Assembly: GCA_964512915.1 (NCBI GenBank)
Contig: CAZEKJ010000004.1
Span: 41,347 to 105,346, forward strand
Direction of reading: 5' to 3'
Length of the DNA: 64,000 nt
Source: an uncultured Porphyromonadaceae bacterium
GTDB taxonomy: Bacteria > Bacteroidota > Bacteroidia > Bacteroidales > UBA12481
Shown one piece after another: positions 17,120 through 25,572 of this stretch. The notes beneath the pieces were generated by a model. It made no database searches. It worked only from the letters and a program-made list of their open reading frames with translations, and had not been told where the DNA came from. Made by a program: the position numbers and the translations under genes. Numbering within the stretch: position 1 is the first letter of the stretch; each line of letters begins with the position of its first letter.

Positions 17120-19356
17120 TTCATTGAAATTCTCAGCTCCCCGCCAGCCGTGATTTCCTGATGTGTGATGTACATCCGATCGAGTGGTTTGTCATTCAAG
17201 GTGATACTTTTAATATAGAAATTCTGCGGTGTAAGGTTTTCGGCCGTTACCGTGAATTTCTTGTCGCCCGGCAGGTTGATGCTCACTTTGCTGAACGACG
17301 GGGTGCCGATCTGGTAAATTCCGTTGGCGGGGTTCATCGGGTAAAAGCCCATGGCGCTGAACACGTACCAGGCCGACATGGCGCCGCAGTCTTCATTGCC
17401 GCACAGGCCATCGGGCTGGTCGGTATAAAGGGTGGTGCAGATCCGATGGACGATCTCCTGGGTTTTTTCCGGTGCACCGGCGAGGTTATACAGATATGCC
17501 ACATGGTGGCTGGGCTCATTGCCCTGTGCATACTGGCCCACCATGCCGGAAATATCGGGAGAGGCATTGGCGCCTTCTACCTTGGCGGTGGTATTGAACA
17601 ACGAATCGAGCCGGGCCACGAACCGGTCCCGTCCCCCCATCAGGCTGATCAGGTCATCGGGATCCTGGGGAACAAACCAGGTGTACTGCCAGGAGTTGCC
17701 TTCGGTAAAATCGTGCACATCGTGACTGCTGTAAAGCGGATTAAAATTCTGCCGCCAGCTGCCATCAGACATACGGCCGCGCATAAACCGGGTTTCCGGA
17801 TCGAATACATTCCGATAGTTCTTCGACCGGGTCATGAAGTACTGGTAATCTTCTTCCTTTCCGAGTTTCTTTGCCATCTGCGCGATACACCAGTCGTCAT
17901 AGGCATATTCCAGAGTCTGGGATACCGACTGGTTCTCCAGGTCGGCGGGAAGGTACCCGAAAGCCTTGTAGTTTTTAAGTCCGCGCCCGTCATCCAAGGC
18001 ACTCTTCTTCATATCGGAATAAGCCTTCTCATAATCAAAAGGAAATCCCTTGAGAGCTGCATCCACGATAACCGGAATGGCGTGATAACCAATCATGCAA
18101 TTTGTTTCGCATCCCTCCAGGGTCCAGACCGGCAGGAGTCCGCTTTCATCGGCATGGGCCAGCATGGCCTTTATCAGGTCCGGAATACGCTCGGGCTGAA
18201 CCAGGGTAAACAGCGGGTGTGCCGAACGGAAAGTATCCCACAGGGAGTAGACGGTATAGTTATTCCAGCCATCGGCCTGTTTAACCGTCCGTGCGCTGTC
18301 GCTGCCCCGGTACCTGCCGTCAGTATCAGAAAAAAGTGACGGGGCAATCATTGAGTGATAAAGCGCTGTATAAAAGACAGTCTTGAGCCTATTATCCGAT
18401 GTACTGGCTTCGATTTTACCTAATTCCTGATTCCACTTTTCCCGTGCAGCCTTCTTTACTTTATCGAATTTCCACTCGGAATTCTCAGTTCTCAAATTCG
18501 CCAAAGCTCCCTGCTCATCCACCGGAGAGATTCCCACTTTCATCAGCAGTTCGCCTCCTTTGCCAAAGGAGAGGATTGCCTCAGTATATTTTCCGCTCAC
18601 GTTCCTCATTCCGGGGTTCTCGAGTCCGGTTTTATATAGCATAAAAGATGAAATCGGCCGGTTGAAGACGGCTGCAAACCAAACCTGCTGATTGTTGGCC
18701 CACCCTTTGGATTTGCGGTATCCGGTTATCAGGGTATCGTTTTCAACCCTGATAAAGGTGGCAGCAGGGGCATCCCAGTTAATGGCAAAACCCAGGTCGA
18801 GCATGAGGTTGGCCGCCTCTCCCTCGGGATACCGGTACCGGTGCATGGCTGTCCGCTCCGTGGCGGTAAGTTCAACTTTAATGGGATTCTGACGGGTTTC
18901 GGCATCCCGCAGGGTGACCCTGTAATAACCGGGCGAAGCCGATTCATCATCATGGGAGAACACTGCCTTGAACCGCTGGTGAAACTCTTTTCCGCCATGG
19001 TATTCTGAAGCCGGGAGGTTCCGGGTGGTGGGCTGGAACAATATATCAGCCAGGTCTCCGATACCCGTACCGCTAAGATGCTTATGGGAGAAGCCCACGA
19101 TTATCGAATCGGAATAGTTATACCCCGAACACCAGTCCCATCCGTTTGTTCCATTATCAGGGCTCACCTGAACCATGCCAAAGGGGAGTACAGCGCCCGG
19201 AAAGGTATGGCCGTGGGCGGCGGTTCCGATGAAGGGGTTTACGTATTTTGAATAATCTTCCTGGACGGTATCGGAACAAGATGTGAGGAGGAAGGCGAAA
19301 GGAAAAAGGCGAAAGGCGAAAGAAAGACTTAAGACAAAAGACTTTAAAGAGTTCAT
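17116..19356 (-). CDS. GH92 alpha-mannosidase
   Basis: 746 aa. Canonical GH92 N-terminus VNPFIGTAAHGHTFPGAVLPFGMVQVSPDN, with full-length similarity to alpha-1,2-mannosidases. Residues 11-22 of the signal peptide are encoded by a heptamer repeat arm. Confidence 0.9.
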   Translation of the reverse strand: MNSLKSFVLSLSFAFRLFPFAFLLTSCSDTVQEDYSKYVNPFIGTAAHGHTFPGAVLPFGMVQVSPDNGTNGWDWCSGYNYSDSIIVGFSHKHLSGTGIGDLADILFQPTTRNLPASEYHGGKEFHQRFKAVFSHDDESASPGYYRVTLRDAETRQNPIKVELTATERTAMHRYRYPEGEAANLMLDLGFAINWDAPAATFIRVENDTLITGYRKSKGWANNQQVWFAAVFNRPISSFMLYKTGLENPGMRNVSGKYTEAILSFGKGGELLMKVGISPVDEQGALANLRTENSEWKFDKVKKAAREKWNQELGKIEASTSDNRLKTVFYTALYHSMIAPSLFSDTDGRYRGSDSARTVKQADGWNNYTVYSLWDTFRSAHPLFTLVQPERIPDLIKAMLAHADESGLLPVWTLEGCETNCMIGYHAIPVIVDAALKGFPFDYEKAYSDMKKSALDDGRGLKNYKAFGYLPADLENQSVSQTLEYAYDDWCIAQMAKKLGKEEDYQYFMTRSKNYRNVFDPETRFMRGRMSDGSWRQNFNPLYSSHDVHDFTEGNSWQYTWFVPQDPDDLISLMGGRDRFVARLDSLFNTTAKVEGANASPDISGMVGQYAQGNEPSHHVAYLYNLAGAPEKTQEIVHRICTTLYTDQPDGLCGNEDCGAMSAWYVFSAMGFYPMNPANGIYQIGTPSFSKVSINLPGDKKFTVTAENLTPQNFYIKSITLNDKPLDRMYITHQEITAGGELRISMK

Positions 19357-19460
19357 GGGTGATGGGTTTTATCAATGATTACAAATATACACCCAAAGCC
19401 CTCTTTATAACTTAAGATCTTAACTCTTTCTTTCGCCTTTCGCCTTTCGCCTTTCGCCTT
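19292..19460. repeat. Hairpin element with AAGGCGA heptamer arms enclosing the GH92 start codon
   Basis: Left arm 19292-19326 (aaggcgaaaggaaaaaggcgaaaggcgaaagaaag). Right arm 19427-19460 (ctttctttcgcctttcgcctttcgcctttcgcct). About 100-nt core with cttaag motifs and the GH92 ATG (19356-19354). Confidence 0.9.
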
Positions 19461-20434
19461 TATTTCTTCCCTTTTGCAAACAGATCCCACGCCAGCGAGC
19501 TGGCCCCGAGCACCGCGGAATTCTTGCTATTGAGCCCTGAGGGCAGGAGTTTGACTTTACCCTTATAGATAAACAGCAGGTTATCTTCAAATGCGCGGAG
19601 TGTTGGTTCCATAAGGAGTCCCTTTGCCAGGGTGAGCCCGCCGAAAAGAAAAATAGCTTCGGGGTTGGTATGGGCGACTACATCGGCCAGCTTCAGTCCG
19701 AGCATTTCACCTGTGTGCTCAAAAGCGCGGATAGCCAGAATGTCACCACGCTCAGCTGCTTCTGCAATATTCAGGGAGGTCATCTGATTGAAGCTAAGGT
19801 CCCTCAGTTCCGAGGGTTCAAGGGAGTCCGACATGATTTTGAAAAGGGTGCGCTTAAGACCGGTCGCTGACACGTATGTTTCGAGGCAGCCCATTCGTCC
19901 GCATCCGCACTCACGGTTGGTACGGCCCGGCCGTACAATGGTGTGCCCCACTTCGCCGGCGAAACCGTCCTGACCATAGACCAGTTTTCCGTCAATCACA
20001 ATGCCGGATCCGACCCCGGTACCGAGTGTAATGACCACGAAATTCTTCATCCCCTGTGCCGCTCCGTAAACCATTTCGCCCACTGCCGCAGCATTGGCGT
20101 CGTTGGTTACCAGCACCGGCCAGTCGGTATGCTCATGAATAAGATCTGCCAGCGGGGTTATTCCCTTCCACGCCAGGTCGGCCGGATGTTCAATGGTTCC
20201 CTTGTTGATGTTCCCCATCGGTGCCCCGATGCCTATGCCAATGACCTCAAGCGGTTCCGCTACTTTCTTTTGAAGCATTTTTACTTTCTCCCACATGGCT
20301 GCAACAAAAACTTCCGGTTCCGCAAAATTCACGGTAGAAATCCTGTCTTCTGCCAAAAAATGTCCATGGGAATCCACAAAAGCAAAGTCGGTGTTAGTGC
20401 CGCCGATATCAATGCCGAGCGCAACTTTTTTCAT
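19460..20434 (-). CDS. ROK family sugar kinase (glucokinase-like)
   Basis: 324 aa. DIGGTNTDFA ATP-binding N-terminus and the ROK zinc motif CGCGRMGCLETYVS. Confidence 0.85.
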   Translation of the reverse strand: MKKVALGIDIGGTNTDFAFVDSHGHFLAEDRISTVNFAEPEVFVAAMWEKVKMLQKKVAEPLEVIGIGIGAPMGNINKGTIEHPADLAWKGITPLADLIHEHTDWPVLVTNDANAAAVGEMVYGAAQGMKNFVVITLGTGVGSGIVIDGKLVYGQDGFAGEVGHTIVRPGRTNRECGCGRMGCLETYVSATGLKRTLFKIMSDSLEPSELRDLSFNQMTSLNIAEAAERGDILAIRAFEHTGEMLGLKLADVVAHTNPEAIFLFGGLTLAKGLLMEPTLRAFEDNLLFIYKGKVKLLPSGLNSKNSAVLGASSLAWDLFAKGKK

Positions 20435-20624
20435 AATGAACTACGAATGAAGTGTTGGGTATAAGGTATTGGGGGCAATTTAAAAAAACCGCGCAAAGAT
20501 TCAAACAGCCCATCTGAAAACATGATAAAAATCAGTTTTATTTAGATTGATTCCGGATAACGGCCTGACTATGGGCAGATTCGATTTTTTCCCTACTTTT
20601 CAGGCCAAATCATAGGGAGGAATC

Positions 20625-20942
20625 ATGAGGATAACTGTTTTATTAGCCTTTCTGGTTGTCATGACCGGTGCCTGCAAACAGAAAACCAGTACAAATCAAT
20701 CCCTTGCCGATGCAAAACCGGTAACGGTTGAGATGGGTGTGACTGGAATGACCTGCATGGGGTGTGTGGAAACGGTTCGATCTAGCATTGCACAGCTCGA
20801 AGGTATTGATACAGTGATGGTATCGCTGGACAGTGCGAGGGCTACCGTGACGTATCGTCCCGGCAAGGTTGATACCTTAAAGATCCGCGATGCAGTAGAG
20901 CTTAACGGGTATAAAATATCGGGCATAAAAACCGTACAATAA
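20625..20942 (+). CDS. Heavy-metal-associated (HMA) domain lipoprotein, copper-chaperone-like
   Basis: 105 aa with lipobox MTGAC and the metal-binding motif GMTCMGCVETV. First gene of the respiratory cluster. Confidence 0.8.
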   Translation: MRITVLLAFLVVMTGACKQKTSTNQSLADAKPVTVEMGVTGMTCMGCVETVRSSIAQLEGIDTVMVSLDSARATVTYRPGKVDTLKIRDAVELNGYKISGIKTVQ

Positions 20943-20948
20943 GCATTT

Positions 20949-21923
20949 ATGGAAGAAGACATCAAGAAAACGGGCGACGAGGAAGAGGGGAAAATCAACG
21001 AGACTTCGCGCCGGGATTTCATGAAGAAATTCGGATTGTACGGAGCGGCAACGGTTGCCGGTTCCGCTGCATTATACACCGGGTACCGGTTCGAGAAGGA
21101 CAAGCCTAACCAGGACATGGTCAGGGTGCTCACTGAAGATAACCGTTTGGTACTGGTGCCCAAGGCCGAGATCGAGGCTATCAATCCGAGTCTGAAAACA
21201 CTTCAGACGAAGGGACGTGAAGGTATTGAAGGCCGGAGATGGGTAATGGTTATCGATCTTGCGAAATGCAGAAATGCGCGCAAGTGCGTTGATTCATGTC
21301 AGAGCGCCCACCACCTCCGTCCGTACGAATACCATATCAATACGCTGGCCATGCAGGAGTCGAAGAACACGGCGCCCTATTTCATGCCCAAGCCCTGCCA
21401 GCACTGCGACAATCCGCCGTGTGTTTCTGTTTGCCCGGTGGATGCAACCTACAAGCGCCAGGACGGAATCGTTCTGATCGACAATGAACGCTGCATCGGC
21501 TGCCGCTTCTGCATGGCCGCCTGCCCTTACTCGGCCAGGATGTTTCACTGGCAGGAGCCTCAAAACAGCGAGGAAGACAAAGGGAAAACCTACAACGTTG
21601 AGCTTAATGTTCCGCAGAAGAAAGGTACCATCTCCAAGTGCCTGTTCAGTGCCGACCGTCTGCGGGAGGGAAAGCTCCCCTATTGCGTTTCGGCGTGCCC
21701 GAACGGGGTCTTTTATTTCGGTGATGAGAACGAGGACTCAGTTACCAACGGAACCACCAAGGAGACTGTCCGCTTCAGCGAACTGATCCGGAACAACAGT
21801 GGCTACCGGCTGATGCCTGAACTGGGGACCGATCCGAGGGTTTACTACCTGCCGCCAAAGAACCGGCTGTTTGAGTTCCCCGAAGAGAGCCTTCTTGATG
21901 ACGAACATGATGATCACGTTTAA
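20949..21923 (+). CDS. Tat-exported 4Fe-4S ferredoxin-type subunit (NrfC/PsrB/ActB2-like)
   Basis: 324 aa. Tat motif SRRDFMKKFG. Cysteine clusters CRNARKCVDSC, CQHCDNPPCVSVCP, CIGCRFCMAACP and CLFSADR...CVSACP. Confidence 0.8.
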   Translation: MEEDIKKTGDEEEGKINETSRRDFMKKFGLYGAATVAGSAALYTGYRFEKDKPNQDMVRVLTEDNRLVLVPKAEIEAINPSLKTLQTKGREGIEGRRWVMVIDLAKCRNARKCVDSCQSAHHLRPYEYHINTLAMQESKNTAPYFMPKPCQHCDNPPCVSVCPVDATYKRQDGIVLIDNERCIGCRFCMAACPYSARMFHWQEPQNSEEDKGKTYNVELNVPQKKGTISKCLFSADRLREGKLPYCVSACPNGVFYFGDENEDSVTNGTTKETVRFSELIRNNSGYRLMPELGTDPRVYYLPPKNRLFEFPEESLLDDEHDDHV

Positions 21924-21935
21924 TCCCGCCAGACC

Positions 21936-24251
21936 ATGGAAATGACCAATCCTTACCAGTCAGCTGAACCCGGCCGTTTGGATCGGGTAGCTTCTGACAT
22001 CCTCCGCAACGTCAGGCTCAACAAGGGATTCATGATCTGGATGGGTTTCCTGTCCGTTGGACTTCTTGCCTGCCTTTTCGCCTACACCATACAGCTCCGC
22101 GAGGGCCTCGGGGTTACCGGTCTCCGCGACCATACCAGCTGGGGCATGTATATTGCCAACTTCGTTTTCTTTGTAGCCTCCTCCCTGATCGGCATGCTGA
22201 TCAGCTCCGTTCTCGGGCTGATCGGATTCAAGTGGGTTATCCCGATTGCACGAATTGCTGAAATAATAGCGGTGGCTTTCGCGGCAGTGGCAGGCCTCGT
22301 GATTATCAGCGACATGGGCCGCCCCGACCGGCTTCCCTATGTGTTCCTGCATGGAAGGCTGCAGTCTCCCATTCTTTGGGATGTGACTGTGGTCACCACC
22401 TATTTTCTTGTCAGCTTCCTGCTCTACTTCCTGCCGATGCTGCCCGACCTGGCAGTAGCGAAAGGCAGGATTACACATCTGCCAAAGTGGCTCCAATGGC
22501 TTTATAATATTGCCTCTTTCAACTGGATCCACAAATCGGAACAATATAAGATTCTGTTCCGGATGACGCGAACTCTGCTGATATTAATTGTACCCCTGGC
22601 CTTCGCCATTCATACGGTCACCTCCTGGCTTTTTGCAGTAACTGTAAGGCCCGGGTGGGACAGTACGATCTTTGGCCCCTATTTTATCTCAGGCGCCTTT
22701 GTTTCGGGCTCAGCCGCGGTGATCATCGCTATGTTTTTCTTCAGGAACAGCTTCAGGCTGCATAACTATTTAACGCCCTATCATTTTGATAAAATGGCCA
22801 AACTTCTTGGTTTGGTGGCCATTGTCTATTTTTATTTTAATCTGAACGAATTTCTGGTTCCGGTCTATAAACTCAAGAAATTTGAAGCGCTTCACCTTCA
22901 GGAGCTGTTTACTGGAAGTCACGCACTCCTCTTCTGGGGCACTCAGTTACTCGGACTTATTATCCCGATATTTCTCCTGTTCCTTAAGCCGATGCGGAAA
23001 CCGCTTCCGCTCACCATCATTGCACTTTTTGTCTTTGCCGGCTCCTGGCTCAAGCGGTTCATTATTGTGGTTCCGGTTCAGGAACATCCTTTCCTGCCCA
23101 AACAGAACGTTCCCGTGGAGTGGATGGTCTACACCCCCACCCTCATCGAAGTAGCTGTCACGGTTGCTTCCATGATCATGGTCCTGATGATTATCACGAT
23201 CCTGGCGAAGACCTTTCCGGTATTGCCGATCGTGGAGATTGCCGCGGAAGAGGGACCGCAGAACGCAGACAGAGGACTGCAGGAAGACAGTCAAAACGAA
23301 GTAACTGGTAACAGAGGTTCTCGGAAGAACTCAGGCGGTCTGCCGTCTGCGGTCTGCGGTCTTTTTCTGCTGATGCTGGTACCTGCTGTCTCGCAGGCAC
23401 AAACCTGGGAAACACCAGCAGAAAAAAAGACCAAGCTCGCCGATTTCAAGTTCGACGAGACGACCGTTAAGGCCGGCGCCGTGATTTACCAGGTAAACTG
23501 CAAATCGTGCCATGGCGATCCGGGCAAGAATAATGTTACCCAGCTGGTACCTCTTCCCCCTGATATCGTTTCAGAGCAGTTGCAAAGAAATACCGACGGA
23601 GAGCTATATTATAAACTGCAAACGGGGAAAGGCCAGATGCCAGCCTTTGGTATGGCGCTGACCTCGCCTGAACTGTGGCAGGTGATTGCTTACATGAGGA
23701 GTTTTAACCCAAATTACACCCAGGAGGTCGCCACAAAGGGGGGCCTTGACACACGCTACAGTGATGTGAAAATTACCTTGGCGGCGATGAATGATACGAT
23801 CCTGAAGGCCACCATATCGGGCCTGGAAAACAATATCCGCATTCCCATCCCCGCGGTTGAAGCCAGGGTTTTTGCGCACCGGTATTTTGGTCACCTTCCC
23901 CTGGATGAACCGAAATCCTCCGATCCTGCCGGCATCATTCTTTTCAACATTCCTTCCGATCTACCCGCCGATACGGCCGGAAGGGTCAAACTGATGGTCA
24001 CGCTGACGAATGAAGACCAGTTTGGTGCCGTTGAAACTGACAGCATCCTTGAATTCGGGAAGGAAACACATCCGGTAAGCCTCCGCGCTAAGAGGGCCAT
24101 GTGGAACACGGGTAACAGAGCCCCGATCTGGCTGACTATCGCCTACCCGCTCGGCCTCCTCATTGTGCTCGCAGTCATCGGTTCCATCCTCCTTCAACTG
24201 CGGGAAATATTCTATATCGGTAAAAGGAGCAAGAACGAAAATAAATTGTAA
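21936..24251 (+). CDS. NrfD/PsrC/ActC-like quinol-interacting membrane subunit fused to a monoheme cytochrome c domain and a C-terminal anchored domain
   Basis: 771 aa in one uninterrupted frame. About 440 aa of polytopic NrfD-like sequence (GVTGLRDHTSWGMYIANFVFFVASS...), then a charged linker, a TM segment (SAVCGLFLLMLVPAV), heme site CKSCHG with distal GQMPAF, about 150 aa of unknown fold, and a final TM followed by KRSKNENKL. Confidence 0.75.
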   Translation: MEMTNPYQSAEPGRLDRVASDILRNVRLNKGFMIWMGFLSVGLLACLFAYTIQLREGLGVTGLRDHTSWGMYIANFVFFVASSLIGMLISSVLGLIGFKWVIPIARIAEIIAVAFAAVAGLVIISDMGRPDRLPYVFLHGRLQSPILWDVTVVTTYFLVSFLLYFLPMLPDLAVAKGRITHLPKWLQWLYNIASFNWIHKSEQYKILFRMTRTLLILIVPLAFAIHTVTSWLFAVTVRPGWDSTIFGPYFISGAFVSGSAAVIIAMFFFRNSFRLHNYLTPYHFDKMAKLLGLVAIVYFYFNLNEFLVPVYKLKKFEALHLQELFTGSHALLFWGTQLLGLIIPIFLLFLKPMRKPLPLTIIALFVFAGSWLKRFIIVVPVQEHPFLPKQNVPVEWMVYTPTLIEVAVTVASMIMVLMIITILAKTFPVLPIVEIAAEEGPQNADRGLQEDSQNEVTGNRGSRKNSGGLPSAVCGLFLLMLVPAVSQAQTWETPAEKKTKLADFKFDETTVKAGAVIYQVNCKSCHGDPGKNNVTQLVPLPPDIVSEQLQRNTDGELYYKLQTGKGQMPAFGMALTSPELWQVIAYMRSFNPNYTQEVATKGGLDTRYSDVKITLAAMNDTILKATISGLENNIRIPIPAVEARVFAHRYFGHLPLDEPKSSDPAGIILFNIPSDLPADTAGRVKLMVTLTNEDQFGAVETDSILEFGKETHPVSLRAKRAMWNTGNRAPIWLTIAYPLGLLIVLAVIGSILLQLREIFYIGKRSKNENKL

Positions 24252-24260
24252 GATTCAATT

Positions 24261-24318
24261 AACCGGTAACCGGCAACGGGTAACCGGCAACCAGTTTTAA
24301 CCTGTAACCAGTAACAAG
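24261..24318. repeat. RGYAACY heptamer array
   Basis: aaccggtaaccggcaacgggtaaccggcaaccag...aacctgtaaccagtaacaag, between the NrfD-cyt c stop and the DoxX start. Confidence 0.9.
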
Positions 24319-24321
24319 AAT

Positions 24322-24687
24322 ATGACCGCACTAACCACCATCGGCCGCATACTATATGCATTGCCTTTTGCAGTTTTCGGGATCAACCATTTCATTATGA
24401 AAGATTTCTACCTGGGTGAGCTTACTTCATTCATTCCATTCGGAGGATACATGATCCTGCTGACCGGGGTAGTATTGTTACTCACCAGCATTTCGATCAT
24501 GACCAAAAAGTATGTGAAGGTCAGCACGCTCACGTTAGCCGCACTGCTATTTCTGTTCATTGCCACCATTCATATTCCGCAGCTGTTCGATGCGGATAAG
24601 CATATGATTGCCATGATTGCATTGCTGAAGGATGTTTCGTTGCTGGGTGGCAGCCTGATGATTGCCGGAATGACCAAAAACACGTGA
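24322..24687 (+). CDS. DoxX family membrane protein
   Basis: 121 aa, four predicted TM segments, N-terminus IGRILYALPFAVFGINHF typical of DoxX. Confidence 0.6.
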   Translation: MTALTTIGRILYALPFAVFGINHFIMKDFYLGELTSFIPFGGYMILLTGVVLLLTSISIMTKKYVKVSTLTLAALLFLFIATIHIPQLFDADKHMIAMIALLKDVSLLGGSLMIAGMTKNT

Positions 24688-24712
24688 CGCATACATGCGT
24701 CCGTTCCCGTAG

Positions 24713-24736
24713 GGGCGAGCTGCGCTCGCCCGTTTT
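24713..24736 (+). terminator. Conserved GC hairpin plus T-run after DoxX
   Basis: gttcccgtag-gggcgagc-tgc-gctcgccc-gtttt. Same flanks as 11984 with a covarying stem interior. Confidence 0.55.
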
Positions 24737-24757
24737 GCCATCGAGTAGATAAAGCAC

Positions 24758-24790
24758 AGTTAAGGTATAGTTAAGGTATAGTTAAGGGAA
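24758..24790. repeat. 11-mer tandem repeat x3 abutting the SCO1 start codon
   Basis: agttaaggtat agttaaggtat agttaagggaa, then t-ATG (24792). Confidence 0.9.
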
Positions 24791-24791
24791 T

Positions 24792-25568
24792 ATGAGACAA
24801 ATAATAGTAGTTATTTTATTAATGTCCGGTCTTTCAGGTTTCGCACAGACTGATCTGCCGGCGCTGCCGAAAATAGAGATCGGCATTGAGGAAAAACTCG
24901 GTGAAACGATTCCTCTCGGACTAAAATTCCTGAATGAATCCGGAGATACGGTAACATTGGGGCAGCTGATCGACAAGCCCACTGTTCTCTCTTTTGTATA
25001 TTTTGATTGTCCCAGCATCTGCGGACCGTTCCAGTCGGGGATTTCAGAAGTGATACCCAAGGTGGGCATGGAACTGGGCAAGGACTATCAGATTATCACC
25101 ATCAGCTTTAATCCCCAGGATACCCCGGAAAGGGCAGTTCTCAAAAAGGTTAACTATATCCAGCAAATACCTGAGGATCTGAGTAAATCATGGATATATC
25201 TCACCGGCTGGCAGGAAAATATTACCAAAATAACCGATGCAGTGGGATATCATTACAAACCTACCGGGCTTGATTTCGCACATCCATCGGCACTAATCAT
25301 TCTGAGTCCCCAGGGCAAGATCACGCGCTATCTGTTTGGAATCAGTTTTCTACCCTTCGACCTGAAAATGGCGCTGATAGAAGCCCAGAAAGGACTTGCC
25401 CGGCCAGCCATAAACAAGGTTCTGGAGCTTTGCTTTGGCTATGATAATAAAAGCCGCGGATACACCCTTCAGGTTACGAGGATCGTTGGGAGCATTACGA
25501 TTCTGGCTGCGTTGATTGTCCTGGCGGTACTGATCTTCAAGAAACGAAAAAAAACAGTTAAATCCTGA
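24792..25568 (+). CDS. SCO1/SenC family copper chaperone for cytochrome oxidase assembly
   Basis: 258 aa. Thioredoxin-like CxxxC motif FVYFDCPSICGP, a downstream conserved His (FAHPS), and a C-terminal TM segment. Confidence 0.8.
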   Translation: MRQIIVVILLMSGLSGFAQTDLPALPKIEIGIEEKLGETIPLGLKFLNESGDTVTLGQLIDKPTVLSFVYFDCPSICGPFQSGISEVIPKVGMELGKDYQIITISFNPQDTPERAVLKKVNYIQQIPEDLSKSWIYLTGWQENITKITDAVGYHYKPTGLDFAHPSALIILSPQGKITRYLFGISFLPFDLKMALIEAQKGLARPAINKVLELCFGYDNKSRGYTLQVTRIVGSITILAALIVLAVLIFKKRKKTVKS

Positions 25569-25572
25569 TATA

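Noticed and set aside
17161-18339. Long antisense ORFs opposite real genes: 17161-18339, 55107-56360, 52260-53174, 42135-42911, 32385-33170, 30317-31087, 47893-48681
   Set aside because: Each lies fully inside a well-supported gene on the other strand (GH92, GH29, PFK and others). Their translations are low-complexity (R/G/P/H-rich) with no recognisable motifs. These are typical shadow ORFs caused by the codon bias of the true frame.
21936-24251. NrfD-like and cytochrome c parts as two separate genes, or as a frameshift or pseudogene fusion
   Set aside because: One frame runs uninterrupted for 771 codons. The charge distribution around the linker TM segment and the terminal TM segment gives a consistent topology for a real fusion. 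A sequencing-derived fusion cannot be excluded without reads.
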